A DNA stretch of 64,000 bases from Eledone cirrhosa (GCA_964016885.1 OZ024749.1:55676001-55740000); one strand, 5' to 3'. Positions 49,051-62,398 are shown, counted from the first letter of the stretch. A program made the numbers and translations. The notes: generated by a model from the letters alone, not told the origin.

Positions 49051-50968
49051 AACTAAAATGCTTAACAAAATTATAAACATGTCACGTTGTCCGTCGTCGC
49101 CTCTACCAACTAATTCATTCATGGCCTGTAAATTATTTTTACTAACTGGCTTTTGTGAAGCTTCATTTTATTATATTAGAGTCAGTTAAGAATATAAAAG
49201 TTTTATTAATGAAAACAGAAGGAAAAAGACAGAAAGCAAAAAGGAAATCATGGTGGACATAGAAGAAGAAGAAGAAGAAGAAGAAGAAAAAGAAGAAGAA
49301 GGCAACGAAGCAGGCGAAGAAGAAACAAACAAATATGACATAAAATAATTATTTAAAATGCCAAAGGATTGAATTAATTTTTCTTAAAGAAACAGACTTG
49401 ATTCTTCACAAAATGAAATTGAATAAAACAGTGGGGATACTTTGGCATTTAAACTAAATCGATGTCAAACCATGTCATAGATGTAATACTGACGAAATAC
49501 TAATAGAGAGATGGTTGACGACTTACTGCCATTGAGGTGGAGGTGGAGGAGGGGGGGGGGGAGACGACGAAGAAAGTCAAAGAAGAAGAAGGAGGCAAAG
49601 AAGATGGCAAACAACAACAACAACAACAGCAACAACAACTACAACAAAAGTAATAATAACAACATTAACATTAACTAAATCACAAAGCCTAGAAAACTCA
49701 ACAAAAATTAAAACTAAATAACGATGACGATGATGACGACGTTGGAGATGATGATAATGGCGATGATGATGACGATGATGATAATGGCAATGATGATAAT
49801 GGCGATGATGATAATGGCGATGATGATGGTGGTGATGATGATGGCGATGATGATGATGATAATAAAATGATTAAAAGTACGATAATGCTTCCATGTTAAA
49901 CACTGCTTAGAATTTCCGTCAGATTTTAATATTTCGTTTCGTTTTATTTCTTCTTCCATCTTCTTCACGCTTCTTCATCGCTGTTGGTATTGTTACTGAT
50001 GATTCTTGCTTTTTGGCGATGCCGTTTACAATAAAACATAACAGACCCTCCCCCTCCCCAGCAGCAGAGTTCTATTCATTCTTTAATGAGGTTATTCCTA
50101 TTTCTGAGACACAATTATAACACCACTACCAACAACAACAACAGCAAATAACCGCCGCCAACATCATCATTAACAGTAAGAGCAATAGCAATCAGAGTAA
50201 CAATTATAGCAAAGATGATGATAATAATAATAATAATAATGATAATATTGATAATAATAATAAGCTATAAAATATCGATTTCTCAAGAAATCATTATTAT
50301 TGCTTGCTTTTTCTTTCAAAAATTAAAACATAAAAATAATACTACTAAAAATACTACTACTACTAATAATAAACAATATCAACACAGCTTTAAACAAACA
50401 ATTTGAAAAATAAAAATTAAAAAAAACAACAAAATACAACAACAACAAAAAACAAACAAATATATAAATAAAAACAACACAAAAATAAACAAAAACATAT
50501 CAATAAAAACAACACAAATCCAAAACATAAACAAAAACAAAAGGAATGGAAACAGATTTGTATTCTTTGTCATCTATTCTTATAATACTTTTCTTGGGAG
50601 TTAGCGTGATGGAATGTTCATTGTTTCTGGAATATAAAACGGACTACCAACTATATCTTAACACGACTGCGCCATTTTCTATCAACGACATGCAGACTGT
50701 CATTGTTTTAGCAAAAATCAACACAGAGTCTTAGCACACATTTCCTCTACATTTGCAAGAGTGTCGAACTAATTTCTTATTCGCTTATTGTATTATGTTC
50801 TCTTGTTGTTCTAGTTGATGTTGCTGCTGTTGTTATTGATGCTGTCAAGGTAGTTGTCGTCATTGTGGTTGTTGAATTTAATATTGTTATTGTTGATGAT
50901 GGTGATGATATTGGTGGTGGTGATGATGGTTTGGTGAACTGAACATTCATATTCTGACAGTCAATTAT

Positions 50969-51005
<37 letters not shown>

Positions 51006-51219
51006 GTTAAAAAAGTCTTAGTTTCACGCTTTATATGGAAAAGGGGAAAGGAGGTTAAACGTGTCGGGCTTTAGCCCTTTTTCACAGGTACAAAGATTGA
51101 GAGGGAGAGAGAAATTAGTGTCCCCAACATTTCACTACACATACACTCTGCTTTCCTAAGTTTCGAGTACTTAGTCTAATCTGGTAACTTCTAATATCTC
51201 TTTCTCCCTTTATATATAT

Positions 51220-51439
51220 ATAACAAAGAGGGTGTGGTAAGGAATCAGGTAGACCATAACGCACCAGAGTACTCGATACTTAAGGTAGTAGAGTGAATAA
51301 TAGGAAAAGAGTTAGGACCCCATCGGCTGAGCTCCGGCCGTTCCGTCAGCTAGATCCGAACTAACTGGTGGGTTAGTTCAGTTCGGACCTAGCTGTCGAA
51401 ACGGCCGAAGCTCAGCTGTCGGGGTCCTAACTCTTTTCC

Positions 51440-51441
<2 letters not shown>
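51220..51441 (-). mobile_element. mini-element family P (HHR 3' half plus tail) with inverted duplication
   Basis: Homologous to 56978-57170; arms ~51300-51362 and ~51380-51441; (TA)n on both sides. Confidence 0.85.
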
Positions 51442-51483
<42 letters not shown>

Positions 51484-51496
51484 AAGAGAAAGAGAG

Positions 51497-51620
51497 AGAA
51501 CACTGGAAGGTAATATCCGTAGTGGTAGAGCACGCAGTCCATGGGACGAGTTAGGTCGAATTGGTAGCACAACACTTAGTTCACCATGGTATGGTGAACT
51601 AAGTGTTGTGTTACCACTTA
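51497..51620 (+). mobile_element. rearranged family D copy with 26-bp-arm palindrome
   Basis: 51497-51558 is the reverse complement of ~23536-23597; palindrome 51562-51587/51591-51616 is built from the family tail. Confidence 0.8.
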
Positions 51621-52232
51621 TATATATATATATATATATAACGGAACTAGGTCATATCTTCGGATGTTGAAAAATGTTACATGTGCAATCTAGAAACCGA
51701 AATATATTATATGTAATCGGAACTAGGAAACCATTAAGTATAAGCTGTAGAGCGTTAATGTAAGGCGTGTCTATATAGCACTTTATATCGTGTAGTACGC
51801 AACACAATTTTGCATGACATCGACATTTTGTATCCTGTAATGTTGCTTACCGATAGGTGGCGCATCGTATTACACAGTAAGGAAACGAATATTTGAAAAA
51901 CGATATTTCACGTTGATTAAAATATGTGATGAGTGAGTGAGATTTTGTCTAAAGTAGCAGGAATTGTATTCATGTTTATAACTTCAAAATGATCGGATTT
52001 CACTAAAACTTTGATGATAGTTCTGCTAATGGTTTTTCTTCAATATAATTTATGCATATTAGTGTTATTATTATTATTATTATTGTTTATATATATATAT
52101 GTTTCTATGTCTTTTTTTTCTTTTCTTATATAAATAATAATCTTTACATGCACAAAACCCACATCGTACTGTGCCGTCTGTAATGTTTTTCTTGATGTCA
52201 GCCCTTGTGGCCAATAAAGAAATCATTATTAC

Positions 52233-52266
<34 letters not shown>

Positions 52267-52402
52267 ATCATCATCATCATCAATCGGAAGTCTTACTGAG
52301 TGATGATCCGTATGAATTGGGTATGAGCAGTGTTATGTTTCGGGATTGTCTCTGTTGTATTGAATCTACTCTTTCGTGTATTAGCTGTTATTATTATTAA
52401 TG

Positions 52403-52436
<34 letters not shown>

Positions 52437-53726
52437 CAGCATATATTCTTCTTATTATTATTAAAGTTGGTGTTAGTGTTGCCGCTGTTTTTGTCATTGT
52501 TTTAAATTTGTGTTATTAATGATGTAGTTGCTGTCGTTATTAATGTTTTAAAGCTGCTGCTGTTATTAATATTGCAGTTTGTAGTGGTGATGGTGTTGTT
52601 GTGTTGATGGTGTTGTTGGTGCTGTTGTAGTGGTGGTTTTGATGTTTTGTTGGTGTCGTAGCAATTATTCATCGGTCGTCGACACCATCGACCGTTCTCT
52701 CTGGTTATTACACGCCATACTGCTGTGTAATATCGCAATATCAATACTATCATATTAAACAGTTGCCAATGTCAGTCAGTTAGAAGCGGCGAAGCTTTGA
52801 CATTACCAACCCGTATTTTGTTCTTTCATTTGTTTATTCACTTAAAGTTCAATAGAATCTAAGAACGTCGCTGGCCTTTTCATTCCCAAAGCGGTCGTTA
52901 GATTAAACTACCAGTAATTTACTGACATTAGTTCGTTCAAATATTCTCATTACTCAACAAAAGCTGAATCAAAACCAAAACAATATTTTGCCTAATAAGA
53001 GAGCCGCTGGCAAATCCTGATGGTAGAATGTCAGTGGTAATATCTAAACTTATATGGCTTCCTCTCTGTTTAGTTATGAGATCTATTTCGTTCAAATGTA
53101 TTTTATATTTCATTCTTCTGAATTCCATTCCATTCATATCGGGTGAGTGTGATATTAGTTGTATTCTAAAATAGTGATGGACAACCTTCTTTTAAGAGCG
53201 ATGACAAAATTCAGGAGAAAAATCTTGTTTAGAAATTGATGACAAGATCTATGACGAAAACCTCATGGATCACTAAATGTACACACACCTTTTAAAATTT
53301 ATTATACAATGGTGTATAACATAAATATTAAACATTGAGAAATTCATTTTTCATTAATATAAGATATATATATAAATTCCCTTTTATATAATTGATATTA
53401 TAGATTGTTCCATGGAAAAACAGTGTGAATTTGTCGTTTGAAACTTTCCATAAACAACAATCTTTGAAAAGGACCACTAGTTGTCCACTTTGATCGTTTT
53501 GTGTACCAGGGAGTAAAACCTATAACACATTGAAATATAATCACCTTTTATCTATTCCCCTCGATTTCTAATCCTCTCATCAACCTTGGTTATATTTACA
53601 TTAGTAAATGCGACATTTAAGTTAATGAACTCTGATCAACTTGTACTGGTGATGCTAAAGGAAGCAGTATATTTACATATTCTAGACTATAGTCACTTTT
53701 TTCCAAATGTGATTTTATTATGCTAA

Positions 53727-53952
53727 GGGTGATGGATTGGCAGAATCCACAGATTGTCGGACAACTTGCTTTGTAGCATAGAGTTACGGTCCTATACGTT
53801 ATGTGGTCAAATCCCACCGAGGTTAGCTTTGACTTCCATTCTTACGGGGTCGATAAAATAAAATACCACTAACGTACTGGGTTTGATTTAATCGACTTTC
53901 CCCTCCGGCAGAATTGTTGGCCTTCTGCTGTCTAAATCAGAACCATTGTTAT
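53727..53952 (+). mobile_element. SINE family A, full length, long form, diverged
   Basis: GGTGATGGATTGGCAGAATC...GGTCAAATCCCACCGAGG...AATCGACTTTCCCCTCC. Confidence 0.88.
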
Positions 53953-53963
53953 TAGAGAAATGA

Positions 53964-54151
53964 TTAACCCTTTACCATTTACATTACCCTATATATACTA
54001 TTGTATTTTTGTGGTAAAGGCTTACATAATATCGAATCTACGAGATTTTGATGTTATTTATTTTGAAAAGAATAACTTATGAGCGGCCAGTTAGAGTAAA
54101 AGATGAGATAATTCTGACCGGATACGACCCGTTTAAATGCTAAAAAGTTAA
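53964..54151. mobile_element. piggyBac-type MITE
   Basis: TTAA at both ends with imperfect TIRs TTAA-CCCTTTACCATTTA ... TAAATGCTAAAAAG-TTAA. Confidence 0.7.
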
Positions 54152-54712
54152 AATGTTTTCTTTGTATAACAAACTTTCTAAACAAATAGTTGTTAACATT
54201 TCCTTTAATTGTATGTTTAGCTGTTGTTTTAAGTTGTCCTTGTGGCTAAATAAAAAACACGTCACACATTTATTTCACTGTAAATCTGCAAGGATGCATC
54301 TATGTTATGTTTACGTTAAGGTAAATTTACTATTTACAATTTTGCAAGGAGATCTCTTAAAAGATGGAGCAAAGGGTTTTGTTTTGGATTCAAAGTAGAG
54401 GAATTCATCAGTTGAGGTTTAAGATATACTGGAGCTGTCAGTGGAGCCGTGTCTCTGTCTAATGTGTTTTAGTTTGTTTACTTGATAAAGTAAAACACCA
54501 GTCAACAAATGGTGAATAATTGCAGTCATTACACCCACACACAATCAGGTACTCACATACATACAGACACATACTTACATATAGGCATATATATATATAT
54601 ATACCCACATATCATATTGTGTTTATCTCTCATTTATTCTTGCTATATACACTTAAGTGTGTGTTTATATGTCATTTATATTCGAAGCCACAAACACACA
54701 GACACACACACA

Positions 54713-54792
54713 GAGAATAAGAGAGCGCGAGAGAAATATATTTCTGTGTATATATATATACAGAAACATATTTCTCTCGCTCTCTTATTCTC
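54713..54792. repeat. palindrome centred on (TA)n
   Basis: GAGAATAAGAGAGCGCGAGAGAAATATATTTCTGT vs ACAGAAACATATTTCTCTCGCTCTCTTATTCTC. Confidence 0.88.
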
Positions 54793-54803
54793 GGTATGTG
54801 TAA

Positions 54804-55310
<507 letters not shown>

Positions 55311-55577
55311 CGTAACCTATAGTTACAATGATATTACTAAACTTGGTCATACACGTGTTCACCTTTCAGAAAACCATTTAATTTTATTATGCATTTAACT
55401 CTGTTAGATGAATACCTCTTGTGTATGAGTATACATAACTATACCTTGACACACACACACATATATATATATATATAGACATTTATGTAGATATATTTAA
55501 CAGCTATGTTGAATATCTCGTGTGTGTGTGTGTGAGAGATATTCAACATAGCTGTTAAATATATCTACATAAATGTC

Positions 55578-55610
<33 letters not shown>

Positions 55611-55750
55611 ATCAAGGTATAGTTATGTATACTCATACACAAGAGGTATTCATCTAACAGAGTTAAATGCATAATAAAATTAAATGGTTTTCTGAAAGGT
55701 GAACGCGTGTATGACCAAGTTTAGTAATATCATTGTAACTATAGGTTACG
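55311..55750. repeat. 440-bp near-perfect palindrome
   Basis: Arms 55311-55519 and 55536-55750 around a 16-nt (GT)n loop; ~2 substitutions plus a microsatellite length difference. Confidence 0.95.
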
Positions 55751-55792
55751 TACACACACCACACCACACCACACCACACCACACCACCCACA

Positions 55793-55830
<38 letters not shown>

Positions 55831-56129
55831 TAGAGTTGTTAGAATGTTGGGTAGGCAACTTTACGAAGTATTTCCGACCATCTAAAGACAAACCAGCCTT
55901 GGGTCAGTTTACTTTTATATCTTTTCAATACCAGCTCAACAACTGGATTAGATTTTTCATTAATATTATTAATGGTAATGAGGTAGTAATAAATTACTGA
56001 CATTCCCTGTTTATAGTTTAAAATATACATAACAATATTCCAAGGGCGGTGCCCCAGCATGGCCTCAGCCGGATGGCTGAAACAGGTAAAAGAGTAAAAG
56101 TATCCTTAATATTATATATATATATATAT

Positions 56130-56252
56130 ATAACGAAGGAGATGTGCTATGGAACCAGATGGACCATAACGCACAAGAGTACTCAATACTTAGGGTAGTA
56201 GAGTGGGTAATAGGAAAATGTATGACCCCGACGGCAGAGCTCAAGCCGTTTC
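56130..56252 (-). mobile_element. mini-element family P, truncated at the HHR GAAA
   Basis: ATAACGAAGGAG...GACCATAACGCACAAGAGTACTCAATACTTAGGGTAG...GACCCCGACGGCAGAGCTCAAGCCGTTTC, between AT-rich runs. Confidence 0.88.
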
Positions 56253-56946
56253 TATTTATATATAAATATTTATATATACATATATATATATAGATAGATA
56301 GATAGATTTAAACATTTGCATACAGGTACATATTAATACAACTAAGTACCATTCGAATGTCTTTCATTATAGATGTGATCCAAGCAAGCTGGGAACTGAA
56401 AAACACGACAGCAACAACATCAACGATAACATGCCACCACCACCACCACCACCACAACGACAGCAACAACAACAACAAGCCACCTAATTAATAATATTGC
56501 ATGCGATTTTAAGATAAGCCTTCATTTTATCGACGTCTTTCAACGATACGTACTTCATTTTGTTGATAAACATGGAGTTAAAGTGTCGATTGAATATTAT
56601 ATATATCTGTATTATATCTGTGAACTAGATGTTTGGTGTATGTCTAGGTAACAGAATGTGAACAGGGAAGGTGGACTGCTTGTGGCTAAGGAGAGAAGGT
56701 ATTAGTTTGTCTCATTGGCAGATAATCAAGAAAACATGGCTTTTAATTGAACTTACCAAGTCATTGCTTGAAGGCATGTTCATGATAAATATAATATGAA
56801 AATGAAAAGAACAAAACAAAAACTTAAGGCGTGCCAGATATATATATTCATAACATATTATGCTGTTTCATTGACACAGAGATAAATTGTTATATTATCT
56901 ATGTATACATATATACATATACATTTATATAGATACACACACACAC

Positions 56947-56977
<31 letters not shown>

Positions 56978-56979
<2 letters not shown>

Positions 56980-57688
56980 ACGAAGGAGTTGTGGTAAGGA
57001 ACCAAATGGATCATAACGCACCAGAGTACTCAATACTTAGGGTAGTAGAGTGGGTAATAGGAAAATGTATGACCCCGACGGCAGAGCTCAAGCCGTTTCG
57101 GCGGCTATTTCTAGACTAAATTAGAATTTTTAGCCTGGTAAATAAATAGCCGAACTTTTCAAGGGGTACTTCCTTATATGGGAAGATTGTAGTTGTCAAG
57201 AGGATTGGTCAAACTTTCTTGTAAACACAAATAAGTCTATCATGGCAGTGGGTGGAGGGGGGGGGGCTGAACTTGCCTCTAGAGCAATGAGGGAGTGGGT
57301 GGAGCCGGTCAAGCGTTGAAAGTGAAATCTATACAACAAATTCTAAGGATTGTGTATGAAAGTAGGCCAGAGGAGGTAGACGAAAAGGGGTCTGGAGAAA
57401 ATAGGGGGGTAACGTTATAGAATGGGTAAATCAATTGAGATAGTAGACATAAAAAAATAAGAGAAAGATATATAAAAATATAAAATTGGATAGTAAGAAG
57501 TGGTAAAAAACAAAAACTGTAGAGTCTAAAACAGCTGCTATAATTAGTTGGTGTTGCTTGATGTTTAATGCGAAGAAATACCGATGATGGCCAGAAGATC
57601 ACTGATGTCGGATAGTCCTGGTTACTTGCTCTATTTTTTAATTCATATGTAATCACATTCGCAACAACACAGCACGCCATTTTTCATT

Positions 57689-57690
<2 letters not shown>
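56978..57690 (-). mobile_element. longest copy of family P (putative PLE terminal repeat/UTR)
   Basis: 56978-57115 matches three other copies; contains the complete HHR variant; unique sequence continues to the next (TA)n at ~57690. Extent beyond ~57170 is inferred. Confidence 0.6.
57072..57167 (-). ncRNA. type I hammerhead ribozyme with U3-A8 variant core
   Basis: Minus strand: ACCCC-TTGAAAA-GTT-CGGCTATTT...AAATAGCCG-CC-GAAA-CGGC(TTGAGCTCT)GCCG-TC-GGGGT; all three stems pair; GTC cleavage triplet. Confidence 0.8.
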
Positions 57691-57721
<31 letters not shown>

Positions 57722-57759
57722 TTTTTTTAAATCCACTGTCAATAAATACACCAGGATGT

Positions 57760-57820
57760 TTTCATTCTGATGACTGAAACCAAATTTCGTTTGCTTTCGA
57801 GAAACCACTGGTAAATGAAA
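57760..57820 (+). ncRNA. type I hammerhead ribozyme motif (canonical core)
   Basis: Stem I TTTCATT/AATGAAA (7 bp); CTGATGA 57767-57773; stem II GAAA.CAAA/TTTG.TTTC; GAAA 57801-57804; stem III ACC(ACT)GGT; GTA triplet. Confidence 0.85.
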
Positions 57821-57962
57821 TAATTATCTTATCTTGTTTATTACATAACTATATATATATATATTAAAGAGTTAAACAAGATTCAATGAATATATCAAAG
57901 AAACTACCTTGATTAAATCTTAACCATTTAACATCTCAGGGTGTGTCAAGTATTATTATATT

Positions 57963-58006
57963 TTGTCTGATGAGGACGTACTGCTGTACATCCGAAATAT
58001 GTATAA
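57963..58006 (+). ncRNA. hammerhead-like motif (stems I/III imperfect)
   Basis: CTGATGA 57967-57973; stem II GGACGTAC(TGCT)GTACATCC; GAAA 57994-57997, then TATGTA; stem I pairing is poor. Confidence 0.6.
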
Positions 58007-58043
58007 TACAATGTAATTGATCAAAAGAACATCTATTTTATTA

Positions 58044-58739
<696 letters not shown>

Positions 58740-59187
58740 TAGATTTATGTATTTGTGACGCGTGGGAATATACGGCGAAGTGTTTGAAGTATGTGTATAT
58801 GTTGTATATCATATGTTGCCTTTGTGCGTGTGTATGTATCGTGTGAATCTAAAGTTAGAGGAGAGAGTGTGGTAAAATATGCTGCGAGTATAAGAAAGGA
58901 AATTTCGCAAAAATTAAATCGGTTAATGTATATTAACGACTAAAAAAGCGAGAAAGAGGCGTACAATGGCGTTATACCATCAGAAGAACAGCGAGATACA
59001 GGTAGAAGTGACTTAGAAAGAGGTTGTGAGCTACAGGTCGGGAGTATTCGCTGATCTCCGGCGTTGTTCGGTCAGACGTCCAGCAAATAACTATAAAATA
59101 CTTTATTACCAACCAGGTTTCCCTATACGACAGATGTGGTATTCAATACGTTGTTGGTATTTAAACAGACACACATTTGTGTATATT

Positions 59188-59323
59188 TAACTTTGATAGG
59201 TTTCGGCCAGTATTGACACAGGCCATGTCTAACTTAATAGCACCACCTGGTGAAGTCTTTCAAATCAGGACTTGGACACCATGGCCCACTCAAGTAGAGA
59301 GGTATTGTTTATGGAGACATATT
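59188..59323 (-). mobile_element. mini-element family C, second copy
   Basis: GGCCATGTCTAACTTAATAGCACCACCTGG.GAAGTCTTTCAA is shared in reverse with ~40690-40738. Confidence 0.8.
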
Positions 59324-59677
59324 TATAATACTAATTTTAAAAAGTGTAGTGTTTCTTATAGGTACTTTTATTAGGTTGGTAACTTGTGACAGATCATTTC
59401 AGTCCTATATAAGTTTATATATTTTACAAATAGCTAGAAGCTACTATTCTCTTCGAAAGTAAAAACAGGCATGCTAACAGAAAGTGATCGTTAAACGGAC
59501 ATGTGTGTATAGGATGTTAGACAGACAGAGAGATAGAGATAGATAGAGACAGGTGGATACAAACAGGCAGATAGATAGATAGAGACATATGGACAGGAGA
59601 GAAATAAGAATTGAGGGTATTTAAAGAAGAAGTAAAAGTGAAAAAAAAGAACAACGTGGAGAAGAAGAGAGTGTTTA

Positions 59678-60359
59678 GTAGATGAAAGAGAAGAAGGAAA
59701 TAGAGAAAGAGGGTGCAGTAGATGAAAGAAAAGAAGGAAATAGAGAAAGAGGGTGCAGTAGATGAAAGAGAAGGAAATAGAGAAAGAGTGTGCAGTAGAT
59801 GAAAGAGAAGAAGGAAATAGAGAAAGAGGGTGCAGTAGATGAAAGAGAAGAAGGAAATAGAGAAAGAGGGTGCAGTAGATGAAAGAGAAGAAGGAAATAG
59901 AGAAAGAGGGTGCAGTAGATGAAAGAGAAGAAGGAGATAGAGAAAGAGGGTGCAGTAGATGAAAGAGAAGAAAGAAATAGAGAAAGAGGGTGCAGTAGAT
60001 GAAAGAGAAGAAGGAAATAGAGAAAGAGGGTGCAGTAGATGAAAGAGAAGAAGGAAATAGAGAAAGAGGGTGCAGTAGATGAAAGAGAAGGAGATAGAGA
60101 AAGAGGGTGCAGTAGATGAAAGAGAAGAGGAAATAGAGAAAGAGGGTGCAGTAGATGAAAGAGAAGGAAATAGAGAAAGAGGGTGCAGTAGATGAAAGAG
60201 AAGAAGGAAATAGAGAAAGAGGGTGCAGTAGATGAAAGAGAAGGAGATAGAGAAAGAGGGTGCAGTAGATGAAAGAGAAGAAAGAAATAGAGAAAGAGGG
60301 TGCAGTAGATGAAAGAGAAGGAGATAGAGAAAGAGGGTGCAGTAGATGAAAGAGAAGAA
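59678..60359. repeat. 40-bp (37-40) minisatellite, ~17 copies
   Basis: GTAGATGAAAGAGAAGAAGGAAATAGAGAAAGAGGGTGCA; no unique spacers. Confidence 0.97.
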
Positions 60360-60409
60360 AAATCTAAAACAAAGAAAGTGTGCGTAGTTGACGAAAGAGA
60401 TTTAGGATT

Positions 60410-60592
60410 TAGAGAAGGAGGGTGGTATAGATGATAGAGAAGGAGGGTGGTATAGATGATAGAGAAGGAGGGTGGTATAGATGATAGAGAAGGAGGGTGG
60501 TATAGATGATAGAGAAGGAGGGTGGTATAGATGATAGAGAAGGAGGGTGGTATAGATGATAGAGAAGGAGGGTGGTATAGATGATAGAGAAG
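60410..60592. repeat. 25-bp minisatellite, 7 identical copies
   Basis: TAGAGAAGGAGGGTGGTATAGATGA. Confidence 0.97.
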
Positions 60593-61588
60593 AAGATATA
60601 GATAAGAGTGTTTAGTTGTAGAAGAAGGAGACGACGAAAGAAGAAATCGGATGTAGAGGGAGAGAGAGAGGGGGGGGGGAGACAAACAAATAGCGGTAGT
60701 GATGGTGGTATTGGGTGGCGGGGATGGCTCTGGTAGTAAGGGGGATGGGATTGGGTGTTGGTAGTAATGGGTGGCGGTAGGGATAGTGGTGGTAGTGATG
60801 GTGGTGAGGTGATGGTGAAGGAAAATAATGGTGCTGTGGAGGGGGATGTAACTAATGAGAGACACGAGGTCAGCTTGTGTTTCGCTAACCTTAAAATGTT
60901 ATGACTTAGAGTTGAAAGAAGCCTGCGGGGTTGTATTTGTTTTTCTACCACTTATATATCATTGTGGGTAACAAAACTTGTAGGAACATCAGAAACAGCA
61001 ACAACAACATCTATAGCAACAACAATAACGGCAACAGCGACATCTAGAGCAACAACAACAACAAATGAAACAATAGCCAGGACAATAGAAATAGCAGCAA
61101 CAACTGGGAGGATGTAAATGAAAAAAGGAACGTCTAGAACAGCTGAAAACAACAGCAACAACAACAATAACAGCAATAAGAGCAGCAACAATATCCACGA
61201 CAACATCAGTAACAGCAACAACAACAACAAGATCTATATAGAAGATGTTAAAAGAAAGGAAACCCCTGCAACAACAACAACAGCAGGGATGAAACCTTTA
61301 CAGCAGCTAAAATAACAACAGCAATAACAATAAGAACAACAACAATGACAACAGCAACAGAGAGTAAACCTCAGCAACTGCTAAAATAACCACAACAAGA
61401 ACAAAAACAACAACAATAACAATAACAACAACAGCAACAACAATAACAAAAGACAGTACACCTCAGCAGCAGCTAGAATAACGACAACGGTAACAGTTAA
61501 AATAACTATAACAGTAACAAACACTAGAGAGTCTGTCTGTCTGTCTGTCTGTGTGTGTGTGTGTGTGCGTGTGTGTGTGTGAATATTT

Positions 61589-61790
61589 GGTGAAGGCATG
61601 TGGCTGAGTGGTTAGAGAATTGGATTCACAATCGTGAGGTTGTGAGTTCGATTCCAGACCCGAGCGATGCGTTATGTCCTGGAGCAAAGCACTTTATTTC
61701 ACATTGCTCCTTCTACCGGGAGTTGCGACGATAGATAGTATTAGCAATTAGAAAGACCAATGGAAACATTGTTTCTTCGGTCCGATTTGA
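61589..61790 (+). mobile_element. tRNA-derived SINE family B
   Basis: A box TGGCTGAGTGG (61601-61611), B box GAGTTCGATTCC (61644-61655); body homologous to 20675-20887. Confidence 0.9.
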
Positions 61791-61806
61791 CAAAAAGTCG
61801 ATCGTT

Positions 61807-61848
<42 letters not shown>

Positions 61849-61853
<5 letters not shown>

Positions 61854-61979
61854 GAAAATAGGGAGAAAAAGCCGATTATTAGGAAGAAAAATATATTTTT
61901 TTCCTTTTATTTTTTTCTCTTTTTTTCTGGGTTAGAAAAAAAAAATTTTTCATCCTAATAATTGTCTTTTTCTCCCTAT

Positions 61980-61988
<9 letters not shown>
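61849..61988. repeat. inverted repeat, ~44-bp arms, in (TA)n
   Basis: TATGAAAATAGGGAGAAAAAGCCGATTATTAGGAAGAAAAAT vs ATTTTTCATCCTAATAATTGTCTTTTTCTCCCTATTTTCATA. Confidence 0.9.
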
Positions 61989-62025
<37 letters not shown>

Positions 62026-62028
<3 letters not shown>

Positions 62029-62380
62029 CAATATGTTGAAAAGGTAACACACCAGAGAAAGATATACAGTGCGTTATCAATAACACAGGGAAAAACCACC
62101 ATCTTTGGATTTGTACGTGTGTTATATAGTTACAGAGGTATTTATTTACGCTTTAATTAATATTTTTAATTATCGTGTCTATAGTATGCCTTTCATAGGT
62201 TATAGACTCCATACACTGGTGGGTTTTTCCCCTGTTTTATTGATAACGCACTGTATATCTCTCTCTGGTGTGTTACCTTTTCAACATATTGTATTTTAAA
62301 GAGATCAGGATTTCTTCTCCTTTGAGCACATTATTTACAGGGAATAGCGAGGGCCTATGCCTCCGTTATTTATCGTGATT
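62026..62380. repeat. inverted repeat, ~76-bp arms, plus ~85-bp unpaired tail
   Basis: 62026-62101 vs 62217-62294; tail to ~62380; (TA)n on both sides. Confidence 0.92.
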
Positions 62381-62398
62381 ATATATATATATATATAT

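Noticed and set aside
59675-60865. 396-aa minus-strand ORF, and CRISPR-like regularity of the 40-bp repeat
   Set aside because: Head-to-tail minisatellite without unique spacers; eukaryotic context and no cas genes.
61589-61665. tRNA gene candidate (also 20810-20887)
   Set aside because: A and B boxes are present, but the sequence runs into a shared SINE body and lacks a clean acceptor stem; it is a SINE head.
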